Part shown: positions 38,923 through 46,932 of the stretch, piece by piece
Position numbering within the stretch: position 1 is the stretch's first letter
Layout: each line of letters opens with the position of its first letter
Assembly: GCA_038057845.1 (NCBI GenBank)
Contig: JBBUCK010000031.1
Coordinates: forward strand, 12,669-59,600
Reading direction: 5' to 3'
DNA from: Patescibacteria group bacterium
GTDB lineage: Bacteria; Patescibacteriota; Minisyncoccia; Phycocordibacterales; JAGLPS01
DNA: 46,932 nucleotides
The notes under the pieces: generated by a model
What the model saw: the letters and a program-made list of their open reading frames with translations, nothing else
What the model was told of the DNA's origin: nothing
Database searches by the model: none
Program-made: the position numbers and the translations under genes

Positions 38923-40140
38923 CTATTCTTTACGATTTTTCTTTATGTATTCAGGCAAACGCGCGATAGGCACTGTGTCTTGAAAACGGGTTTTTGCGTC
39001 CCTCACAACGATTGTATTTTCAATCGCTTCTTTTTGGCCAAAGATAAGGACGTACGGCATTTTCATATTTTCAGCAGTCGTCGCTTGTCCACTGAATTTA
39101 TCTTTTGTGAGTCCGTGATATACAGGGATATGAACACGTCGCAGGGATTCAATAACAGGAAGACTCTTAAGTTTCGCGGCGTATCCTAATTGAATGAAAT
39201 AAAACTTTGGCTTCGGTATTTTTTTGACTACAATTTTCTTACTTCGTTTTGAATCTTTTCTCCAAGAGAGAGTGATACCAACGGCAGGAATTTCTTTCTT
39301 AAGGCCGGTTTTTTTGGCGAGATGATTGTATCTGTATCCAGATCCAAGTACTTCTTTTTTGCCGTCTTTTTCACCGCGAATCTCAAACATTGTTTGAGAA
39401 GCATACAACTTATTGCCGACAAGACGATTGTCTATTGTATAAGGGATATTACTACTTTCTATAAACTCAAGAATTTCCTTGAAGTGTTCTTGGCTTGCAT
39501 CTGAAAGAGCTGAGAGTGGTTGAGGGGCGTTTTTAACAAATTCTTGAAGTTTCTCGTCGGTGCATCTTAGGATTTCAAAAATATCCTTCTTAAATAATTG
39601 TCTTTCTGTTGCTGGCAATTCTTCAATATGTCGTCGATAATAGGCAACAAGCTCGCGTTCAAGACGAGCAATAGATTCGCGGTCCCCAACGGTGTTCAAG
39701 GCAATTTCCATGTTTTCAAAGCCCGCTTCTTTAAGTATCGCGAGTGATGTATGAATAAGAATCGCTTCAGCAATGCTTCGTGAAGAGCCAATAATATCGA
39801 GACCACATTCAAAATTACTTCCTCGTCTCCGCACACTTCCTCTTAAAGGTTTTTCATAGTAGAAAAAAACATGTTGTGGAAAGGAATCCATCTCCTCCAT
39901 ATACAGACGAAGAAGGCGTGTTTTTTCTTGAAGTTCATAAGCCTCCTCCTTATCGTCTTTGATTCCCGTTTTTGCAATCGCTTTAACTCGTCTCAAATCT
40001 TCAGCTTGAATAGAAGGCGTTTCTATAGGACTAAAACCATAGTAGACGGCAATTTCTCCAGATTTTTCAACAATTGAAGCAAGGCCAATTCTTTTTGGCT
40101 CCTTCTCGGGGACAATAACATTATTTTTTTTATGCATCAT
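38923..40140 (-). CDS. hisS: histidyl-tRNA synthetase-like class II aaRS with degenerate catalytic motifs
   Basis: Motif-1-like YYGFSPIETPSIQ, motif-2-like FYYEKPLRGSVRRRGSNFECGLDIIG, motif-3/His-B-like GSGYRYN, and a C-terminal anticodon-binding-like domain. I find no RPExT (His-A) sequence. Confidence 0.7.
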   Translation of the reverse strand: MMHKKNNVIVPEKEPKRIGLASIVEKSGEIAVYYGFSPIETPSIQAEDLRRVKAIAKTGIKDDKEEAYELQEKTRLLRLYMEEMDSFPQHVFFYYEKPLRGSVRRRGSNFECGLDIIGSSRSIAEAILIHTSLAILKEAGFENMEIALNTVGDRESIARLERELVAYYRRHIEELPATERQLFKKDIFEILRCTDEKLQEFVKNAPQPLSALSDASQEHFKEILEFIESSNIPYTIDNRLVGNKLYASQTMFEIRGEKDGKKEVLGSGYRYNHLAKKTGLKKEIPAVGITLSWRKDSKRSKKIVVKKIPKPKFYFIQLGYAAKLKSLPVIESLRRVHIPVYHGLTKDKFSGQATTAENMKMPYVLIFGQKEAIENTIVVRDAKTRFQDTVPIARLPEYIKKNRKE

Positions 40141-40149
40141 AGGGTCTTT

Positions 40150-40758
40150 TTAGTAGCGGGTACTCCAATCTCCTGGGTGAAGAGAAACTGTTTGCGGTGG
40201 TAGTAATCTCACAAGCGGCGTTCCTACGATAAGGTCCCTTTTAAGAGGTCCCCAATATCTTGAATCAAGGCTTCCTGCTCGATTGTCGCCCAATACAAAA
40301 TATTCATCTTCCTTAAGAGTGACTGTCATACTCGCACTGCCTTGGTGAACGATGTAGGGCTCTAACAGTCTTAAACCATTTGAATTTTCCGCATTTTTTA
40401 TAGTTACTTCTGTGCCATCTATCTCAACAGTTTCTCCGGGAAGACCAATTACACGTTTAATGAATGATTTACTAAGATCTCTGGGGTATTTAAAGATAAT
40501 TACTTCTCCCCGCGCGGGCTTTTCAAAGCGGTAGCTTATCTGATTAACAATGAGGTAATCCCCGTTTTTAAATGTCGGGTCCATTGACGTTCCATTTACC
40601 ACAAAAGGCTGGGCGATAAACGTTCTGAAGGGGATGATAATCAATAGTGAAAGAATGGTAAAGCGAACTAACTCTTTAACACCCTCCCAAAAGCCGGAAG
40701 ATTTTTTTCTTTCCAGTTCTTCGCCGTTTTCTTCTAGAGAATCCATAGAATTTTTCAA
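40150..40758 (-). CDS. lepB: bacterial P-type signal peptidase I
   Basis: NGTSMDPT (Ser box), IKRVIGLPGE (Lys box) and GDNRAGSLDSRYWG. Confidence 0.9.
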   Translation of the reverse strand: MKNSMDSLEENGEELERKKSSGFWEGVKELVRFTILSLLIIIPFRTFIAQPFVVNGTSMDPTFKNGDYLIVNQISYRFEKPARGEVIIFKYPRDLSKSFIKRVIGLPGETVEIDGTEVTIKNAENSNGLRLLEPYIVHQGSASMTVTLKEDEYFVLGDNRAGSLDSRYWGPLKRDLIVGTPLVRLLPPQTVSLHPGDWSTRY

Positions 40759-40778
40759 TTGTAATACGCTTGTGTACC

Positions 40779-40807
40779 TTGACGCAAGCTCATATGGTCA
40801 TTAGAAT
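40779..40807 (+). promoter_or_regulatory. sigma-70-like promoter for pth
   Basis: TTGACG (40779-40784), 17-nt spacer, TAGAAT (40802-40807). Confidence 0.45.
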
Positions 40808-40896
40808 TAGCTTCTAGCTTATAGAGCAATAGCTTGTAGTTTCTGATTTTTCCCGCCATTTCTTTCCTAAAAGCTAAATACTAACAGCTAACCCCT
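40807..40896. repeat. AGCT-word inverted-repeat module in the pth 5' region
   Basis: TTAGCTTCTAGCTTATAGAGCAATAGCTTGTAG and CCTAAAAGCTAAATACTAACAGCTAACCCCT, ending at the pth ATG. Confidence 0.7.
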
Positions 40897-41496
40897 ATGT
40901 CTTATATACTTGTTGGTCTTGGAAATCCGGGAGAAGAATACACAAATACTCGTCACAATACCGGGCGTATCCTTCTTGATGCCATCTATAAAAAAGGCGA
41001 CTTTGCAGAATGGAAAGAAGATAAGAAATATAGGGCCCTTGTGTCTACAGGAAATTTTTCTGGTAAAAAAGTGATGTTAATGAAGCCTCAAACTTTTATG
41101 AATAAGTCAGGTGAGAGTCTTAAGACACTTATTACAAGTAAAAAGAAAGCCGAAACCCTTGTGGTTCTTCATGATGACCTTGATTTACCTCTCGGGATAC
41201 TCAAAATGTCTTTCAACCGGGGTTCTGGCGGACATAGGGGAGTGGAATCAATCATTAGAGCAGTAAAAACAGAGGCTTTTGTTCGTCTTAAAATCGGTAC
41301 TTCACCAATTGATAGGAAAGGATTAGCAAAAAAACCTTCAGGTGAAAAGGCAGTAGATGCTTTTATTTTGGGGAAGTTTAAAGATTCTGAACAAAAAATT
41401 CTTTCAAAAATATCACGTAAGGCGGTTGAGGTGGTTGAAACTTTGGTTACTCTTGGAAAAGATAGGGCAACAGAAGTGTGTAATTCTCCAAAATAA
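40897..41496 (+). CDS. pth: peptidyl-tRNA hydrolase
   Basis: LVGLGNPGEEYTNTRHNTG, then HDDLDLPLG and GGHRGVESI. Confidence 0.93.
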   Translation: MSYILVGLGNPGEEYTNTRHNTGRILLDAIYKKGDFAEWKEDKKYRALVSTGNFSGKKVMLMKPQTFMNKSGESLKTLITSKKKAETLVVLHDDLDLPLGILKMSFNRGSGGHRGVESIIRAVKTEAFVRLKIGTSPIDRKGLAKKPSGEKAVDAFILGKFKDSEQKILSKISRKAVEVVETLVTLGKDRATEVCNSPK

Positions 41497-41521
41497 AAAT
41501 CCGCCCTCTCGGCGGATTTTT
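41496..41521. terminator. bidirectional rho-independent terminator
   Basis: AAAATCCGCC-CTCTC-GGCGGATTTT between convergent pth and rpsA. Confidence 0.85.
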
Positions 41522-41543
41522 ATTTAAAGAAGATGAGCGGTTT

Positions 41544-42722
41544 TTACTCTGCAATGTAAGAAAGTGCCATTTTTCTTTCTTTTGGGTCAAAGAGAGTGAT
41601 TTTGAATGAATATGTTTTTCCGAGTTCTATCTTTTCACGAAGGGCAGTTTCGTTTCCGAATTCCGAAACGTGAACGAGTCCAGCGATTCCCTCCTCAATT
41701 GAGGCAAGCGCTCCATGCTTGTTGTATTTAATAATTACACCTTTCACATTGTCATCCTTCTTGTATTTCTTTTCAGCTGCAATCCAAGGGTTTTCCTTGA
41801 GTGCTTTGATAGAAAGAGAAATTTTGCCATCCTTAATTTCAATGATTTTAGCTTTCACTTTGTCATTGATACGATAGAGCGCTTTAGGGTCTTCAACGAG
41901 AGACCAGTCAATTTCTGAAATATGAACAAGTCCTTCTAGCCCCTCCTCTATTTTAACAAAGACTCCAAAGTCAACGACACCCGTGACATCTCCTTCAATC
42001 TCATCTCCAAGCGAGTACTTGTCAATAATCTTTTCCCTGTTTTTCTGTTCAGGGTCTTTTTCAGAGAAGATAAGTTTTCCTTCTTTTGGTACCGCAGAGA
42101 TAATCGAGACAGAAAGTTTTTGTCCAATAAATTTTTTCAATTCCTCGAGAATTCTGTCTTTGTCTCCGTCATCTACACGTGGATAATGTTCTGTCTTAAG
42201 TTGTGAAGCTGGCAAAAATCCTTGTATACCTTGCCATTCAAGAATAAGACCGCCCTTATTGGCTTCAGTCACTAAAAGTTCAAGAACACTTTTGCTTCTA
42301 ATATGTGCTTCTGCTTCACTCCAGATAAGGGCTTGCCGTGCTTCTTTAAGAGAGATTTCAATGTATCCATCCTCGTTCGCAACCTCTACAACCTTACCAG
42401 CAACACGGTCACCAATATTTATTTTCTTGATGATATCGCGCGCATTCAGATATTCTCTACCAAATATAATTCCAGTACCAAATGGTTTAAGGTCAACGAA
42501 GACTGCATCTTTGACAATGGCAATCACAGGCCCTTCAATCAAATCTCCGTTTGCTGGAGGGTTTGGGCTATCGGAAAAAAGCGCCGCCATTGGCGAGTCT
42601 TTTTTCTTTTTCGATTCTTTTTCGTCCTTTTGTTCTTCTGTTGCTACTTCTATTTTTTCCTCTTTCCCGCCTGCAACGTATCTGTTTTCTTCACGGGCAG
42701 GTTGTTCTACTACTTTAGTCAT
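41544..42722 (-). CDS. rpsA: 30S ribosomal protein bS1 (four S1 domains)
   Basis: Repeated S1 OB-fold signatures (GDRVAGKVVEV.., GDEIEGDVTGVVDFGVFVKIEEGLEGLVHISEI, VKGVIIKYNKHGALASIEEGIAGLVHVSEF). The track start at 42737 is TTG; an ATG at 42722 is preferred. Confidence 0.9.
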   Translation of the reverse strand: MTKVVEQPAREENRYVAGGKEEKIEVATEEQKDEKESKKKKDSPMAALFSDSPNPPANGDLIEGPVIAIVKDAVFVDLKPFGTGIIFGREYLNARDIIKKINIGDRVAGKVVEVANEDGYIEISLKEARQALIWSEAEAHIRSKSVLELLVTEANKGGLILEWQGIQGFLPASQLKTEHYPRVDDGDKDRILEELKKFIGQKLSVSIISAVPKEGKLIFSEKDPEQKNREKIIDKYSLGDEIEGDVTGVVDFGVFVKIEEGLEGLVHISEIDWSLVEDPKALYRINDKVKAKIIEIKDGKISLSIKALKENPWIAAEKKYKKDDNVKGVIIKYNKHGALASIEEGIAGLVHVSEFGNETALREKIELGKTYSFKITLFDPKERKMALSYIAE

Positions 42723-42768
42723 AATGTATATTTCCAAAGAAGGTTCAACAGCGCTACGCGTCTGGAGA

Positions 42769-42850
42769 GTTATAAAGTTATAAAGTCGAAAGTCTATAAA
42801 GTAAATGATTCTTTACTTTGTAACTTTATAAACTTTACAAACTTTATGAC
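42769..42850. repeat. TATAAAGT-word long imperfect inverted repeat upstream of rpsA
   Basis: GTTATAAAGTTATAAAGTCGAAAGTCTATAAAGTAAA / TTTACTTTGTAACTTTATAAACTTTACAAACTTTATGAC around a 6-nt centre. Confidence 0.7.
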
Positions 42851-42967
42851 TTGCGTGCCTACGGCGCGTTGAGGTTATCTTCTTCGGTTTCTAATAATTG
42901 TTTCTAACAAAAAAGTCCTTAATGAGAGGACACACAGACATTATATCGCGAAAGAAGCCTTTGTCCA

Positions 42968-43034
42968 CCCCGTTAGAGAACGCTGCGCCAGAGGCGCGAC
43001 TTCGGTCGCTTGCAGCGACCTTTCTCTAACGGGG
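42968..43034. ncRNA. GC-rich multi-helix element (candidate structured RNA) in the rpsA / MBL divergent spacer
   Basis: 13-bp perfect closing stem CCCCGTTAGAGAA / TTCTCTAACGGGG encloses GCGCC-AGA-GGCGC and GAC-TTCG-GTC (a C(UUCG)G-type tetraloop hairpin). Confidence 0.3.
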
Positions 43035-43062
43035 GTCACTTTGTCACAAAATCAACTTTCAA

Positions 43063-43091
43063 TAGACTATCAAACTTTAACAGGTTATACT
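43063..43091 (+). promoter_or_regulatory. promoter giving a leaderless or near-leaderless mRNA for the 43099 gene
   Basis: TAGACT (43063-43068), 17-nt spacer, TATACT (43086-43091). The ATG begins 7 nt after the -10 box. Confidence 0.4.
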
Positions 43092-43098
43092 AATCGGC

Positions 43099-43728
43099 AT
43101 GATTATCACGTATCACGGGCTTCAGGCTTTTAAGGTCCAATTTGGGGATACAATTCTTGCTTTTGACCCAGTTTCTAAAGAGTCATCATTTAAGCCGACA
43201 CGTTTTGGGGCTGACGTTGCTCTCATTAGTCTTTGGGATAAAGATTTTAATGGCGTTGAGGGGGTTTCCTTTGGTGAAAAAGTTCCGTTCGCAATTTCGG
43301 AACCGGGGGAATATGACGTCAAAGGAGTATTCGTGCAAGGCTTTCCCTCAAAGTCTTTCTATGGTGGCAAGGAGCGTTTGAACACTATTTATTCAGTATC
43401 TCTTGAAGACATGAATCTTTGTTTTCTCGGCGCTCTCCATGATGAAAATCTTTCAAACGACACACTTGAGTCACTCGATACCGTAGACATCCTATTTGTA
43501 CCAATTGGGGGTGAGGGAGTTTTGAATGCGTCTCAAGCTTACCGTCTTGCCGTTTCTCTTGAACCAAAAATAATTATTCCTATGAATTACGGGGAAGATA
43601 ATAAGGCACTTAAGATTTTTCTTAAAGAAGGGGGGATGGAATCACAAGAAGCTCTTGATAAATTTACACTCAAGCGTAAAGATATTGAACAAAAAAACGG
43701 CGAGATTGTTTCATTGTCTGCTCAATAA
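43099..43728 (+). CDS. metallo-beta-lactamase-fold (UPF0173-like) protein lacking the HxHxDH motif
   Basis: The N-terminus MIITYHGLQAFKVQFGDTILAFDP resembles UPF0173/MBL-fold hydrolases. The protein has only two His residues and no HxHxDH. Confidence 0.55.
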   Translation: MIITYHGLQAFKVQFGDTILAFDPVSKESSFKPTRFGADVALISLWDKDFNGVEGVSFGEKVPFAISEPGEYDVKGVFVQGFPSKSFYGGKERLNTIYSVSLEDMNLCFLGALHDENLSNDTLESLDTVDILFVPIGGEGVLNASQAYRLAVSLEPKIIIPMNYGEDNKALKIFLKEGGMESQEALDKFTLKRKDIEQKNGEIVSLSAQ

Positions 43729-43794
43729 TTATGTGGATGTGTTTATAAGTAGTTTCTGTTGTGAACCGACCAGCATTTCGATAACGTTCCCTAT

Positions 43795-44181
43795 ATGTGG
43801 AAAATTGTAGAAAAAATATTACATAAGCCTGAACAAGAAAGACGTCGTATTCTTTTTGTGAGTGTAACTCTGCTAACCACTCTCATTATTTTTGTTTGGC
43901 TTTCTTTCCTGTATGCTCGTTACCTCAATTCAGCAAATGAGAGACGGGGAATACAACATACGGCAAGTCCTTTTGAAATTTTTGCTAAAGAAGCACAAGG
44001 ACGCTTTAATCAGGTTAAGGCTGATTACATAGATCTCACTGGTACATTTTCCGAGATAAACAATACTCTTAAGAATATGGCTACATCTTCTTCTTTCGCG
44101 GGAACATCAAGCGAAAGTTCAGAAAAGTCCTCTTTTTATAGTACGACAAGTGAGGAAACTTCTTCACAGGTGAGAGAATAG
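43795..44181 (+). CDS. hypothetical N-terminally anchored protein with a Ser-rich tail
   Basis: One TM helix ([22 protein letters not shown]). No family recognised. Confidence 0.55.
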   Translation: MWKIVEKILHKPEQERRRILFVSVTLLTTLIIFVWLSFLYARYLNSANERRGIQHTASPFEIFAKEAQGRFNQVKADYIDLTGTFSEINNTLKNMATSSSFAGTSSESSEKSSFYSTTSEETSSQVRE

Positions 44182-44189
44182 GAAACTCT

Positions 44190-44217
44190 TTAAAAACAGC
44201 CTTAAATATGCTAGAAT
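44190..44217 (+). promoter_or_regulatory. extended -10 promoter immediately upstream of gyrA
   Basis: TTAAAA (44190-44195), 16-nt spacer, TGcTAGAAT (44209-44217). The ATG is at 44231. Confidence 0.4.
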
Positions 44218-44230
44218 TAGGCTTTGTTAT

Positions 44231-46696
44231 ATGGCTTCTTCCAAGGAAACAAATAAAGAAAATACACCAACAGAGAGACAAAATGTAGTCCCTCGAAGTA
44301 TCACAACCGAGATGAAAGAGTCCTATTTGGACTATGCCATGTCGGTTATTACTGCCCGCGCTCTTCCTGATGTTCGGGATGGCTTGAAGCCTGTTCAACG
44401 CCGCATTCTTTATTCAATGCACCACATGGGTCTTGTAGCAACTGCCAAGTTTAGAAAGTCGGCAGTTGTTGTTGGAGATGTGCTTGGAAGCTATCACCCT
44501 CACGGCGATGCGTCTGTCTATGACGCGATGGTCAAAATGGCGCAAGATTTCGTAATGCGATATCCATTAGTTTCCGGTCAAGGAAACTTTGGAAATATTG
44601 ACGGAGATTCAGCCGCAGCCATGCGATATACCGAAGCGAAGATGTCGCGACTTTCTATGGAATTGCTTGCCGATATCGAAAAAGACACTGTTGATTTCCG
44701 TCCGAACTATGACGGAACTAAAAAAGAGCCAACCGTCCTGCCTTCAGCGGTTCCTAATCTGCTATTAAGTGGCACATTAGGTATTGCAGTTGGTATGGCC
44801 ACGAACATTCCGCCTCATAACCTGCGGGAAATTATTGATGCAACAGTTTTTTTGATTGATAACAAAGATGCGACAACGGAAGACCTTCTTGAATTTGTGA
44901 AAGGTCCTGATTTTCCAACGGGTGGAATTATTTTCAATGAAAAAGATATTCATCACGCGTATGCAACAGGACGTGGCGGAGTAGCCACTCGAGGTGTTGC
45001 AGAAATTGTTGAATCAAAAGCGGGCAATTACCAGATTGTCATCACATCAATTCCATACCGTGTTAATAAATCCGACCTCATCATGAAGATTGCTGATTTG
45101 GTGCGTGAGAAAAAACTCGAGGGTATTAAAGGTTTGCGCGATGAATCAACTAAAGACATCCGAATTGTTATTGAACTCAAAGGAGGTAGTCACCCTCAAA
45201 AAGTTCTTAATTTTCTATACAAACACACAGCACTTGAAGATATGTTCCATTTCAATGTTGTGGCGCTCGTTAATGGCGCTCCACAAACACTTTCACTTAA
45301 GGTTATTCTTCAAGAATTCATCTCCCATCGAATTATTGTTATTCGTCGTCGAACCGAACATGACTTAAGGAAAGCGGAAGATAAAGAGCATATTTTGCTT
45401 GGTCTTAAAAAGGCGCTCGACCATATTGACCAGATTATCAAGCTTATTAAGGCTGCTGCCGATGTTGTTGCTGCGCACGCAGCTCTTAGAAGCGAGTTTA
45501 AATTCTCTGACAGGCAAGCAACAGCCATTCTTGAGATGAGACTTCAGAAACTTGCTGGCCTTGAACGCAAGAAGATTGAAGATGAACTTAAGGCCACACA
45601 GGAGCTCATAGCCCTACTTAAGGGTATTTTGGAAAGCCCAAAGAAAATCCTTTCAATTATCAAAAAAGAGCTTTCGGATATCTCTATAAAATATGGAGAT
45701 GATAGAAAAACAAAAGTAGTTAAATCAGGCGCGCGACTTATTGCTCCAGAGGACCTTATACCTGATGAAGAAAATGCGCTTGTGTTGACGTCAGGTGGAT
45801 ATATCAAGCGGACAAATCCTGATGAATTTCGTCGTCAGAAGCGAGGCGGTGTTGGTGTTGTAGACCTTGATACTAAGGAAGAAGATTTTGTGACGACATT
45901 TCTTAATGCTTCAACACATGACGACCTTCTATTTTTCACTGACCGTGGCAAGGTATATCAGATAAAAATGTACGATATTCCAGAAGGAAAACGTGCCACT
46001 AAAGGCAAATCAATTATGAACTTTCTTTCACTTGAAGCGGAAGAGCGTGTGACATCCGTTTTGGCAATGTCTAAGGAGGTCAAAGAAAGCAGCGTCTCAA
46101 TTCTTATGATGACCGCGCTCGGAGATGTGAAAAAAGTTGCCGCGAAAAATTTCCATGATGTTCGTCGAAATGGCATTATCGCAATTAAACTGGCTACTGG
46201 GGACCAACTTATTTCGAGTTCATTTGCCGCCAAAGGCGATACGACAATTGTTGTTACCGCGCAAGGACAGTCCATTCATTTTAAAGAATCCGATGTTCGT
46301 GAAATGGGAAGAAATGCAGGCGGTGTTCGGTGTATTCGTCTTTCAAAGGGCGACAAGATTGTTGGAGCCCAAGTGGTGAAAAAAGAAAGCAAAGACCCAA
46401 TGGTCCTTGTTATTAGTGCGAATGGTTTTGGGAAAAAGACCAAACTTGATGAATATAAAGTTCAAAAACGCGGAGGTTCTGGTATTCGCACCGCAAAAAT
46501 AACTTCAAAGACAGGCCCTCTCATTTCTGCCCTTGTTGTCACACCCCAAAGTGGCGAGATTGTAGCAATTTCTAAGAAAAGTCAGGTTATTCGAGTAGGA
46601 ACTGAAGAAATTTCACTATTGTCTCGTGGAACGCAAGGTGTGCGCATTATGAAATTACGCGAGGGTGACGCTATCGCTTCTCTTATTTGTCTTTGA
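44231..46696 (+). CDS. gyrA: DNA gyrase subunit A
   Basis: [27 protein letters not shown], active-site [10 protein letters not shown], and C-terminal beta-pinwheel repeats with the GyrA-box-like QKRGGVG. Confidence 0.96.
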   Translation: MASSKETNKENTPTERQNVVPRSITTEMKESYLDYAMSVITARALPDVRDGLKPVQRRILYSMHHMGLVATAKFRKSAVVVGDVLGSYHPHGDASVYDAMVKMAQDFVMRYPLVSGQGNFGNIDGDSAAAMRYTEAKMSRLSMELLADIEKDTVDFRPNYDGTKKEPTVLPSAVPNLLLSGTLGIAVGMATNIPPHNLREIIDATVFLIDNKDATTEDLLEFVKGPDFPTGGIIFNEKDIHHAYATGRGGVATRGVAEIVESKAGNYQIVITSIPYRVNKSDLIMKIADLVREKKLEGIKGLRDESTKDIRIVIELKGGSHPQKVLNFLYKHTALEDMFHFNVVALVNGAPQTLSLKVILQEFISHRIIVIRRRTEHDLRKAEDKEHILLGLKKALDHIDQIIKLIKAAADVVAAHAALRSEFKFSDRQATAILEMRLQKLAGLERKKIEDELKATQELIALLKGILESPKKILSIIKKELSDISIKYGDDRKTKVVKSGARLIAPEDLIPDEENALVLTSGGYIKRTNPDEFRRQKRGGVGVVDLDTKEEDFVTTFLNASTHDDLLFFTDRGKVYQIKMYDIPEGKRATKGKSIMNFLSLEAEERVTSVLAMSKEVKESSVSILMMTALGDVKKVAAKNFHDVRRNGIIAIKLATGDQLISSSFAAKGDTTIVVTAQGQSIHFKESDVREMGRNAGGVRCIRLSKGDKIVGAQVVKKESKDPMVLVISANGFGKKTKLDEYKVQKRGGSGIRTAKITSKTGPLISALVVTPQSGEIVAISKKSQVIRVGTEEISLLSRGTQGVRIMKLREGDAIASLICL

Positions 46697-46880
46697 AACA
46701 GCTTACAGCTTATAGCTTATAGCTTTTAGGGCAGCATATATCCAAGGTTTTTTGAATGCTTTATGTTACTGACAAAAGCACCCTCTTGCTTATTACAGAA
46801 AGAACAGTTTTTGTTATAATAGAAATTACAGTGTTAATCTTTTTTAAAAGCTGAAAGCTAATACTCTAAAAGCTGTTATC
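46697..46880. repeat. AGCT-word inverted-repeat module enclosing a promoter
   Basis: AACAGCTTACAGCTTATAGCTTATAGCTTTTAGGG (left) and TTAAAAGCTGAAAGCTAATACTCTAAAAGCTGTTATC (right, ending at the next ATG). A TGTTATAAT extended -10 lies at about 46811-46819 between the arms. Confidence 0.7.
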
Positions 46881-46932
46881 ATGTTTTCTGATCCCGAACA
46901 AAATATTTTACAATTGGGCCTTATGCCCGGAA
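46881..46932 (+). CDS. 5' end of an unidentified gene running off the window
   Basis: ATG followed by an open frame (MFSDPEQNILQLGLMPG) to the window edge. Confidence 0.35.
   Translation, partial: MFSDPEQNILQLGLMPG

Noticed and set aside
42259-42872. 174-aa and 189-aa plus-strand ORFs opposite rpsA
   Set aside because: They are antisense shadows of the S1 gene and the word-repeat spacer, with Ser/Phe-rich low-complexity translations.

Overview
AT-rich, gene-dense bacterial window. Core genes present are valS, tsaD, trxB, ftsZ, ftsA, ybeY, rpsU, a hisS-like gene, lepB, pth, rpsA and gyrA, plus three complete tRNAs and one partial tRNA. The style (weak or absent Shine-Dalgarno sequences, near-leaderless promoters, many large secreted proteins) suggests a small-genome, possibly CPR/Patescibacteria-like organism; that lineage call is inference only. 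Three accessory blocks interrupt the core. (1) 8.3-21.7 kb is a cell-surface block. It holds a 1395-aa mosaic surface protein and a five-gene operon built around an ER/archaeal-type (SipW-like) signal peptidase. Three or four secreted proteins in that operon share an almost identical signal-peptide/mature junction (A-[FY]-E-A-H-[VI]-x-N-V-T-A). This is my best candidate for an undescribed TasA/bundling-pilus-like fibre system. (2) 22.4-27.4 kb is a tRNA-associated island with a zeta-toxin-like P-loop kinase, decayed copies of tRNA-Val and tRNA-Glu 3' ends, an HTH/GHKL-ATPase/STAS-like protein and a 38-codon DNA methyltransferase stub. (3) 27.5-33.4 kb is a matrix block: a processive GT2 synthase followed by three secreted proteins built from an N/G/T-rich repeat of about 45 aa. 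The same repeat occurs at the C-terminus of one SipW-operon protein, and its composition is curli/Fap-like. Other observations: several families of dispersed intergenic palindromic word repeats, GC-rich structured islands, a hicBA-like pair between convergent ftsZ and ftsA, and a PaaX-like regulator bracketed by two 38-bp palindromes. No CRISPR array, rRNA, transposase or integrase gene was seen. All functional calls come from motif recognition by eye; no database search or folding program was run.
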